Shown here piece after piece: positions 23,750 to 32,000 of a DNA stretch of 32,000 nt; within the stretch, counting starts at the first letter, position 1; each line of letters begins with the position of its first letter. Source of the stretch: Deinococcus radiodurans R1 = ATCC 13939 = DSM 20539. Lineage in GTDB: Bacteria; Deinococcota; Deinococci; Deinococcales; Deinococcaceae. The notes under the pieces were generated by a model that had not been told where the DNA came from, searched no databases, and saw nothing but the letters and a program-made list of their open reading frames with translations. The translations under genes and the position numbers were made by a program. The stretch covers positions 2,128,660 to 2,160,659 of the forward strand of contig NC_001263.1 in assembly GCF_000008565.1 (NCBI RefSeq). The letters run 5' to 3'.

Positions 23750-24246
23750 GACTTTTCCGCCGGGGACGCCGGGGAAGCGGAAGTGGGGTTCACCTCAGCG
23801 GATACGCGCCCGCTCCCCGATTCGTTCCCGGCCCGTTCGCCCGCCACCTGGCCACCGCCCTTTTTGCCGCCCTTGCCCTTGGCGCCGCCGCGTTTGGTGG
23901 CCCCGGCCCCGCGCTGCAAGGCCTGGGCGAGCGCGGCCTGCAACTCGGGAAAAGGCACCGTCAGCACGCCGGGGTTGAGCATCAGGATGGCGCGGCAGGC
24001 GGGCAGGCCCCCCGGCAGCAGTTCCGGCGGCATGGTCCGCAGCGCCTCGCGAACGCGGCGGCGGGCGCGGTTGCGCTTCACGGCGTGCTTGAGCGTCTTT
24101 TTGGAGACCACCAGCCCGATGATGGCGCGGGGGTGCCAGCGCTCGCCGTAGCGGGGGCGATAGTCGGTCAGGCGCAGGGTAAAGAGCGGGTCGCGCACTG
24201 CGGCGCCGTGGGCGCGGACCTTGCGGAACTCGCGCTCGCCCCGCAA
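23746..24246 (-). CDS. rnpA: RNase P protein component
   Basis: [21 protein letters not shown]...[28 protein letters not shown] is the RNR motif. The start appears to be TTG. A Gly/Lys-rich C-terminal extension follows. Confidence 0.85.
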
Positions 24247-24339
24247 TGGAGCCAGCGCCAGCGGGCGGCGAGGTTTGGCCTCTGTGCCCGTGGCGCTGGT
24301 GGTGGAAAGCTGAGAAATAAGTGGCTCCCGAGCCGGGAC

Positions 24340-24483
<144 letters not shown>

Positions 24484-24781
24484 GGTGGTTACTCCTTGGG
24501 TGGTCTTTGCTCGTCTGCCTCCGGCGCAGCCTGCCCAGGAAATGGTGCCTGTCTGAAGCCGCCGTGCCGGTGCCACGATACGCCCCGGACGCGGGGCAAA
24601 CTCGCCCAGTGTATCACGCCATGCGCCGGGGTGGTAAAGCCCGTAGGACGGACGCGGGCGGGCGCTATGCTGCGTTTTGTCCGCACGGCAACAGCGTAAG
24701 CAGCAGGTTTCTCACCCGGAACCCCGGTTCCCCGACCCCTCATTCACGGGGAAGAGCAGGGGCGGCGAAGGAGTAGGCGTC

Positions 24782-26044
<1,263 letters not shown>

Positions 26045-26068
26045 GGGCCGCCGCAACCCATGACCTGC

Positions 26069-26096
26069 CGGGAGGTCTCCATCAGGGGGCCTCCCG
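26069..26096 (+). terminator. Probable terminator hairpin
   Basis: CGGGAGGTCTCC-atca-GGGGGCCTCCCG stem (includes G-U pairs). The T-tract is weak (cTTTg). Confidence 0.45.
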
Positions 26097-26142
26097 CTGC
26101 CTTTGTCGGGCGGCCTGCAACCCACCCGCAGGGCCGCCGAAC

Positions 26143-26180
26143 TTGGCAGACAGAAGGTGATTTCCCAGATTGTCTGGCAA
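26143..26180 (+). promoter_or_regulatory. Candidate operator in an AT-rich promoter region
   Basis: TTGGCAGACA, 18 nt, then TGTCTGGCAA form a 9/10 inverted repeat. A third TTGGCA follows at 26181-26186. This is the most AT-rich stretch near the binding-protein gene. Confidence 0.35.
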
Positions 26181-26221
26181 TTGGCAATTTCTCATCATCC
26201 CATGAATTACAAAGGAGCGCC

Positions 26222-26977
<756 letters not shown>

Positions 26978-27148
26978 GCCGTGACGCGGGGCGGAAGGCC
27001 TCAGGCTCGCCGCCCCCTGACCCGACCACCTTTCCCACTTTCCCAGCGGCAGGAAAAATGAGGCCCAGCAGGCGCCGGTATAGTGTCCCGCGATGCTCAG
27101 GGTCTTTCCTCCGCTGTTCTCAGCCGCTTGCCACATCTGGAGCCGCCG

Positions 27149-27958
27149 ATGACCACCTCTGCCCCGCCTCCCCCGCCCCGACTTCCCGGCAAAGGCCCGC
27201 AGGGCGCCGGCACCCTCGCGCTGTGGCTGCTGGGGGCCGCCGCCGCCTTCACGGCGCTGTTTTTCCTGATCACGCTGGTGCTGCGCCAGATGCCCGAGCC
27301 GGTGGGGCAGTACGCCGACCTGTTCGTGGAAGGCGCCCAGATGACGCTGAAACTCACCCTGGTCAGCGGACTGATCGGGTTGCTGGTGGGGATGATCGCT
27401 GGAATCATGCGGAGCAGCCCGAGCGCGCTGGTGCGGGCGCCCGCCAGTTTTTTCATCTGGCTGATTCGCGGCACGCCACTGCTGGTGCAGATTCTGTTCG
27501 TGTACAACGCGCTGCCGCCACTGCTCAAGACCATCGGGATTAACTTAGAGCTCAACGAGTTCTGGTCGGCGGTCATCGCGCTCGCCCTGAACGTGGGCGC
27601 CTACAACGCCGAGGTCATTCGCGCCGGGATTCTGGCAGTGCCGCGCGGTCAGAGCGAGGCCGCCCGCAGCCTGGGCCTGAGCGCCGGGCAGACCATGAAC
27701 GCGGTGGTGCTGCCGCAGGCGCTGCGGATCGTGGTGCCGCCGCTGGTGAACAACCTGGTGGCGCTGCTCAAGGATTCCTCGCTGGCGTCCACCATCGCGC
27801 TGCTTGAACTCACGCTCTCGGGCCAGCGCGTGAGCAGCGAGAGCTTTCAGCCGGTGCCGGTGCTGACCACCGTGGCCGCCGTGTATCTGGCGCTGACCAC
27901 GGTGCTGACCCTCTTTACCGACCAACTGGAAAAGCGGGTGAAAATCGCCAGCCGCTGA
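27149..27958 (+). CDS. Amino-acid ABC transporter permease (HisM/GlnP family)
   Basis: RGTPLLVQILFVYNALP...NVGAYNAEVIRAGILAVPRGQSEAARSLGLS is the EAA loop. I placed the start at ATG 27149 (GGAG upstream). The ATG at 27083 is also possible. Confidence 0.85.
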   Translation: MTTSAPPPPPRLPGKGPQGAGTLALWLLGAAAAFTALFFLITLVLRQMPEPVGQYADLFVEGAQMTLKLTLVSGLIGLLVGMIAGIMRSSPSALVRAPASFFIWLIRGTPLLVQILFVYNALPPLLKTIGINLELNEFWSAVIALALNVGAYNAEVIRAGILAVPRGQSEAARSLGLSAGQTMNAVVLPQALRIVVPPLVNNLVALLKDSSLASTIALLELTLSGQRVSSESFQPVPVLTTVAAVYLALTTVLTLFTDQLEKRVKIASR

Positions 27959-27985
27959 CCCGGAGCGCGGGGAGCGCAGAACAAG

Positions 27986-28021
27986 CGGAGGAAAGAGAGA
28001 CGCGCTGCTCTCTGCCCTCCG
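27986..28021 (+). terminator. Probable terminator hairpin after the permease
   Basis: CGGAGG-aaa-GAGAG-acgcgctg-CTCTC-tgc-CCTCCG, followed by a T-rich ttctctgcttt. Confidence 0.45.
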
Positions 28022-28031
28022 TTCTCTGCTT

Positions 28032-28037
28032 TATGCT
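28032..28037 (+). promoter_or_regulatory. -10 box (TATGCT) 7 nt upstream of GTG 28045; leaderless-type
   Basis: gctTTATGCTgtgacgcGTG. Confidence 0.4.
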
Positions 28038-28044
28038 GTGACGC

Positions 28045-28431
28045 GTGAGTGCTGCTGAACCGCCTGCCGGGGGACGAGCCGCCGTTCGGCTGCTGCAAGG
28101 GTACCTCTGGTACCCCGAGGGAGCCGACGTGGACCTGGAATCGTTCCTCCCGCGTGAGCTCGACCTGTCGCAGGCCCCCAGTCTGTCGGAAGAAGACGCG
28201 CACGTGCTGTGGGATCAGGTGCAGCCGCCCTTCGCCTTTTTCGAGAACGGCGAGCCGACCGCCAGCCAGACCTTTTACCAGTTCACGGTGCTGCGGGTGT
28301 ACGACGAGCGCCCCAGCAACGAGGAACTGCACGACGACGCGACCATTGCCAGTCAGGCCCTGAACCCACTGCTCGAAGGCACCCCGCAGGGCGTGGGCTG
28401 GCAGATCTGGGAAGACCTGCGCGACCTGTGA
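28045..28431 (+). CDS. Small acidic hypothetical protein (128 aa)
   Basis: Strong GC3 bias. Asp/Glu-rich. I recognise no motif. First gene of a tight three-gene cluster. Confidence 0.6.
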   Translation: MSAAEPPAGGRAAVRLLQGYLWYPEGADVDLESFLPRELDLSQAPSLSEEDAHVLWDQVQPPFAFFENGEPTASQTFYQFTVLRVYDERPSNEELHDDATIASQALNPLLEGTPQGVGWQIWEDLRDL

Positions 28432-28447
28432 GCGGCTGGAAAAGGTC

Positions 28448-28651
28448 ATGATCGCCTGGGTGGACCTGCTGATCGAGGGGGACCCGCACCCCCGCCGCTT
28501 CGATTCCTACGCCACGCTGCGGGCTTACGTCCTCAAGCTTGAGCGCCTGAGCGAGGACGCCGCCGACGAGCTGATGATGGCCGGTGTAGTGCGCCCGCCC
28601 CTGGCCCGGCGCGAGTACCGCATTCAGCGCCTGCCGCTGCCCGAGGAGTAA
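28448..28651 (+). CDS. Small hypothetical protein (67 aa)
   Basis: Good GC3 bias. It starts 16 nt after the previous stop. I recognise no motif. Confidence 0.5.
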   Translation: MIAWVDLLIEGDPHPRRFDSYATLRAYVLKLERLSEDAADELMMAGVVRPPLARREYRIQRLPLPEE

Positions 28652-28657
28652 AGCGCG

Positions 28658-28888
28658 GTGGCCTCGGAACTCGTGACGCTGCCCGTCGCGCCCGCTGAGG
28701 ACGTGCTGACCCGGCTGCTGGCCGGCGAAACGCTCGCCACGCTCACCACGCACCGGGGCCGGGACGCCGCCGGGCGGAAGCGGGTGCAAATCACCGTTTC
28801 GCATCCCGACCCGGAAGTGGTGGCGGGGGCGCGGCAAGCCCTGCTGCGGCGCTGTCAGGCGGAGCGGGTGCGGGCCTTCGTCGTGTAG
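28658..28888 (+). CDS. Small hypothetical protein (76 aa)
   Basis: GTG start with GAGGAG 9 nt upstream. Good GC3 bias. It starts 6 nt after the previous stop. Confidence 0.5.
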   Translation: MASELVTLPVAPAEDVLTRLLAGETLATLTTHRGRDAAGRKRVQITVSHPDPEVVAGARQALLRRCQAERVRAFVV

Positions 28889-28920
28889 AGCCTGTCTTCA
28901 CGGGCCGTCACGGGCCACCC

Positions 28921-28926
28921 TAGACT
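28921..28926 (+). promoter_or_regulatory. -10 box (TAGACT) 6 nt upstream of ATG 28933; leaderless-type
   Basis: ccaccCTAGACTggggccATG. Confidence 0.45.
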
Positions 28927-28932
28927 GGGGCC

Positions 28933-29700
28933 ATGTCGCTTCTTCTCCCCCGCTCCGCCGCGCTGGGCGCCCTGCTGCTGACCTCGGCGGCCTTCGCTGC
29001 CGCCACGCCGCAGGATGTCGAACGGGCCGCCGACGCCGCCGCGCTCGCGGTGGACGGCCTGATTGCCCCCTGCCCCGCCAGCGTGCGGCAGGCGTCGGCC
29101 TCGGCCCGCTGCGTGACTTCCGACCTCAACCTCGCCGCGACCCGCAAGGCGCTCTCGGCGGCAAGCAAACTCAACCTCTACGGCGCGTGGCGCACCGATG
29201 GGCAGGGCCGGGTCTACAACTGGGTCACGTTGCCGAACGGCTACGTCAACATCGGCATCGTGCCCGACAGCACCAACGCCGAGGCGTCGTTGATTTTGCT
29301 GACGCCCTCGGTGCAAAAGCCTGCGCCCGCGACGCCAGCACCCACCACGCCCGCCGCTCAGACGCCCGCGCCCACCACACCCCCGAAGACTGAGACTCCG
29401 GCGGCCAGCGCCGTTCCCGCCTTCAAGCGCTCGCTGCGTCTCACCACGCCGCGCATGAACGGAGCGGACGTGAAACAACTTCAATTGCGCCTGATGGACC
29501 GGTCCCACGTGGACCCCGGCAAGGGCGGCGACGGCTGGTTCGGCCCGGTGACCGAGGCGAACGTCATCGTCTTTCAGCTTGCCAACGGGCTGAAACCGAC
29601 CGGCGTGGTGGACCGGGCGACCTGGACCACGCTGTTTTCGCCGGGTGCCAAATACTTCGACGCGCAGGCGGCGCAGGAGCTGTCCAAGCGGCGGCGCTGA
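28933..29700 (+). CDS. Secreted protein with a Pro/Thr/Ala linker and a C-terminal peptidoglycan-binding (PG_binding_1-like) domain
   Basis: Signal peptide MSLLLPRSAALGALLLTSAAFAAA. Linker PAPATPAPTTPAAQTPAPTTPP. C-terminus GADVKQLQLRLMD...DGWFGPVTEANVIVFQLANGLKPTGVVDRATWTTL. Confidence 0.75.
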   Translation: MSLLLPRSAALGALLLTSAAFAAATPQDVERAADAAALAVDGLIAPCPASVRQASASARCVTSDLNLAATRKALSAASKLNLYGAWRTDGQGRVYNWVTLPNGYVNIGIVPDSTNAEASLILLTPSVQKPAPATPAPTTPAAQTPAPTTPPKTETPAASAVPAFKRSLRLTTPRMNGADVKQLQLRLMDRSHVDPGKGGDGWFGPVTEANVIVFQLANGLKPTGVVDRATWTTLFSPGAKYFDAQAAQELSKRRR

Positions 29701-29750
29701 GCGGCGGCCAGGAGTGGGCATCCGTCACAGCCCGCCCTGCGTGAGCGGCC

Positions 29751-29756
29751 TATGCT
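29751..29756 (+). promoter_or_regulatory. -10 box (TATGCT) 7 nt upstream of ATG 29764; leaderless-type
   Basis: cggccTATGCTctcccccATG. The ORF-track ATG at 29752 lies inside the box. Confidence 0.4.
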
Positions 29757-29763
29757 CTCCCCC

Positions 29764-30756
29764 ATGACGCCTCTGCCCACCCAGCGCCCCCGCCGCCTGC
29801 GCCGCACCCCCGGCTTGCGGGCGCTGACCCGCGAAACCCGCCTCAGCCCCGAGCAGTTCATCTTCCCGATGTTCGTGCACGAGGGCCAGAGCGATTCCGA
29901 GATTTCGACCATGCCCGGCGTGCTGCGCCACTCCATTCCCAGCGCGGTGGAAAAGGCCCGTGAGACACAGGGGCTCGACATCCCCGCAGTCATTTTGTTC
30001 GGCATTCCCGACGTGAAAGACGAGGTGGGCACCCAGGCGTATGCCGATGAGGGCGTGGTGCAGCGGGCGACGCGGGCGATCAAGGAGGCGCTGCCCGACC
30101 TCGTGGTCATTGCCGACACCTGCCTGTGCGAGTACACCAGCCACGGCCACTGCGGGCACCTGCACGAGGTGAGCGGGCAGTGGACAGTGGACAACGACCC
30201 GACGCTGGAGCTGCTGGCGCAGACCGCCGTGTCGCAGGCCCGCGCGGGGGCCGACATCATCGCCCCGAGCGCCATGATGGACGGGCAGGTGGCGGCCATT
30301 CGCGCCGCGCTCGACGGGGCAGGCTTCGCACACATTCCGGTCATGAGCTACGCGGTGAAGTACGCCAGCGCCTACTACGGCCCCTTCCGCGAGGCGGCGG
30401 GCAGCGCCCCGAGCAAGGGCGACCGCGCCAGCTACCAGATGGACCCGGCGGGCGGCTACCGCGAGGCCCTGCGCGAAGCCCGGCTCGACGTGGAGCAGGG
30501 CGCCGACTACCTGATGGTCAAGCCCACCCTCGCCTACCTGGACGTGATGCGGACGGTCCGCGACGCCTTCGACCTGCCGATGATTGCCTACAACGTCAGC
30601 GGCGAATACTCGCTCATCAAGGCCGCCGCTCAGCTCGGCTACATAGACGAGCGCCGCACCGTGCTCGAAACCCTGACCGGGATGGTCCGCGCCGGGGCCG
30701 ACGCCATCATCACCTATCACGCGCTGGACGCGGCGCGCTGGCTGCGGGAAAGCTGA
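29764..30756 (+). CDS. hemB: Porphobilinogen synthase (delta-aminolevulinate dehydratase)
   Basis: [31 protein letters not shown]...[14 protein letters not shown] (Zn-type Cys cluster)...SAMMDGQV...YLMVKP. The alternative start is 29752. Confidence 0.95.
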   Translation: MTPLPTQRPRRLRRTPGLRALTRETRLSPEQFIFPMFVHEGQSDSEISTMPGVLRHSIPSAVEKARETQGLDIPAVILFGIPDVKDEVGTQAYADEGVVQRATRAIKEALPDLVVIADTCLCEYTSHGHCGHLHEVSGQWTVDNDPTLELLAQTAVSQARAGADIIAPSAMMDGQVAAIRAALDGAGFAHIPVMSYAVKYASAYYGPFREAAGSAPSKGDRASYQMDPAGGYREALREARLDVEQGADYLMVKPTLAYLDVMRTVRDAFDLPMIAYNVSGEYSLIKAAAQLGYIDERRTVLETLTGMVRAGADAIITYHALDAARWLRES

Positions 30757-30804
30757 AGGAAACTCTGATTCTCTCCCGGAAGGCTTTTGAAAAGGCCTCT
30801 CCCC

Positions 30805-30810
30805 TAGACT
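30805..30810 (+). promoter_or_regulatory. -10 box (TAGACT) 6 nt upstream of ATG 30817; leaderless-type
   Basis: ctccccTAGACTgcccctATG. Confidence 0.45.
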
Positions 30811-30816
30811 GCCCCT

Positions 30817-31350
30817 ATGACCGACAACCCCATTCGCGTGGACTGGATTCCTACCGCCCTGTGGCCCGGACAGCTCGGCCTGACCTTCGCGCCCGGCAAG
30901 AAGGGTGAGAGCCTGCTGCAACCCGGCGTGACGCACAACCGCAGCGTGGAGGCCGACATGCAGGAACTGGCCCGGCAGGGCGCGACGGTCGTGGCCCCGC
31001 TCATCGAGGACTTTGAGTTTGAGATGCTCGGCATGGCCGGCTACCACGACTTTGCCGGGCAAAGCGGCATCAGCGTGAGCGCGTGCCCCATCGTGGACGG
31101 ACAGGTGCCGAGCGACCGGGCGCGTTTCGGTGAACTGCTCGATGAACTGACCGACGCGCTGCTCGACGGCAAAAACGTGGTCGTTCACTGCCGGGGAGGC
31201 CTGGGCCGCGCCGGGCTGACCGCCGCCTGTTTGCTGGTGCAGGCGGGCATGAAGCCGGACGACGCGATTGCCCTGGTCCGCAAGACCCGCCGGGGCGCGA
31301 TTGAGAATGCGCGGCAGGAGCAGTTTATTCGCGAATTCGCCGAGCAATGA
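30817..31350 (+). CDS. Dual-specificity/tyrosine protein phosphatase (CX5R)
   Basis: VVVHCRGGLGRAGLTAACLLV is the HCX5R P-loop. 177 aa. Confidence 0.8.
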   Translation: MTDNPIRVDWIPTALWPGQLGLTFAPGKKGESLLQPGVTHNRSVEADMQELARQGATVVAPLIEDFEFEMLGMAGYHDFAGQSGISVSACPIVDGQVPSDRARFGELLDELTDALLDGKNVVVHCRGGLGRAGLTAACLLVQAGMKPDDAIALVRKTRRGAIENARQEQFIREFAEQ

Positions 31351-31892
31351 TTCTCGCCGCCGACGTGCAGTACGGCGACACCGGAGCGCAGGCCGCCGGG
31401 GTCCTCTTCACCGACTGGCCGGACGCCGCGCCCGAGCGCACGCTGCTCGTCCATCTGCCCGAGGTGGCCGAGTATGTTCCGGGCGAGTTCTACCGCCGCG
31501 AGTTGCCGTGTCTGCTGCGGCTGGTCGAGGTCGTCGCCGTGCCACTTTCCGCCGTCGTGGTGGACGGCTATGTCACGCTGGGCGAGGACGCCCGGCCCGG
31601 CCTCGGCTGGAAACTGTGGGAGGCGCTGGGGCGCGCGGTGCCGGTGGTCGGGGTCGCCAAAACCGCCTTTGCCGGCACGCCCGCCGAAACAGAAGTGCGG
31701 CGCGGAGGCAGCCACAGTCCGCTGTATGTCACCGCCGCCGGGCTGCCCCTCGCGGACGCCAAAGCGCAGGTCGCGGCCATGCACGGCCCTCACCGCTTGC
31801 CGACCCTGTTGAAGCAGGCCGACCGGCTGGCGCGGGGGCTGGAGGCCGCCTCTACCTTTGGACTGACGACGGCAGGTCAGGCAGGAAAGTAG
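31347..31892 (+). CDS. Endonuclease-V-like protein (divergent)
   Basis: ILAADVQY (catalytic Asp context), VPGEFYRRELP (PGxxxFRE-like), VVVDGY (DG) and VVGVAKT (GVAK) are present. The usual HPR..G.A.H.G segment is absent. The ATGA overlaps the phosphatase stop. Confidence 0.55.
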   Translation: MILAADVQYGDTGAQAAGVLFTDWPDAAPERTLLVHLPEVAEYVPGEFYRRELPCLLRLVEVVAVPLSAVVVDGYVTLGEDARPGLGWKLWEALGRAVPVVGVAKTAFAGTPAETEVRRGGSHSPLYVTAAGLPLADAKAQVAAMHGPHRLPTLLKQADRLARGLEAASTFGLTTAGQAGK

Positions 31893-31925
31893 CCTGAGCC
31901 TGTGCCCCGGTTCCTGCCTGCCCTG
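31873..31925 (+). terminator. Long hairpin spanning the stop codon of the EndoV-like gene
   Basis: CAGGTCAGGCAGGAA (31873-31887) pairs with TTCCTGCCTGCCCTG (31911-31925), 14/15 bp, with a 23-nt loop. A weak T-rich tail follows. Confidence 0.4.
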
Positions 31926-32000
31926 AAATTTGCGTTCTGGACGTATGTTTGGACACTGGGGACGTTTTCGGCCTCTGTCCTGGCTTTGAGATATAGCGAA

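Noticed and set aside
24484-24781. A possible replication origin or dnaA locus next to rpmH-rnpA-yidD-yidC
   Set aside because: No dnaA gene is adjacent; the divergent neighbour is an ABC ATPase. I saw no TTATCCACA-type DnaA boxes or AT-rich unwinding element in the 298-bp spacer.

Overview
Very GC-rich bacterial chromosome segment. I did not compute G+C; by eye it is about two-thirds. Three things point to Deinococcus, most likely a D. radiodurans-like chromosome: the gene content, the short structured intergenic repeats, and many genes with a TANNNT box 6-8 nt before the start codon. This is an inference with no database search behind it.

Most of the window is housekeeping:
- the infA-rpmJ-rpsM-rpsK-rpsD-rpoA-rplQ block
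- a large U32-family protein and a universal stress protein
- an lptB-like ATPase followed by a DUF3084-like coiled-coil membrane protein
- deoB, hisD, and a histidine-phosphatase/SPFH/NfeD operon
- a ModF-like double ABC ATPase, a HAD hydrolase divergent from a TetR regulator
- the rpmH-rnpA-yidD-yidC operon
- a MalK-type ATPase, then an amino-acid ABC binding protein and permease
- three small unknown genes, a peptidoglycan-binding-domain protein, hemB, and a translationally coupled tyrosine-phosphatase/endonuclease-V-like pair

I found no transposase, integrase, CRISPR array, tRNA or rRNA, and no recognisable defence island. I cannot point to a clear novel multi-gene system.

The most interesting signals are small-scale:
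- A 131-bp MITE-like structured repeat splits a P-loop kinase gene. Deleting 133 bp rebuilds the ORF. A second copy carries a compensatory change in its palindrome.
- An in-frame heptad/palindromic DNA module sits inside the U32 gene.
- A second repeat family lies at convergent gene ends. One copy sits inside a 103-bp element with perfect 13-bp terminal inverted repeats.
- Two clear frameshifts (DUF3084-like and HAD genes) and one possible frameshift (ModF-like gene).
- A pervasive leaderless-type promoter signature that changes several start-codon calls.
- An uncharacterised three-gene cassette of small proteins.

The many long ORFs antisense to real genes are high-GC artefacts.
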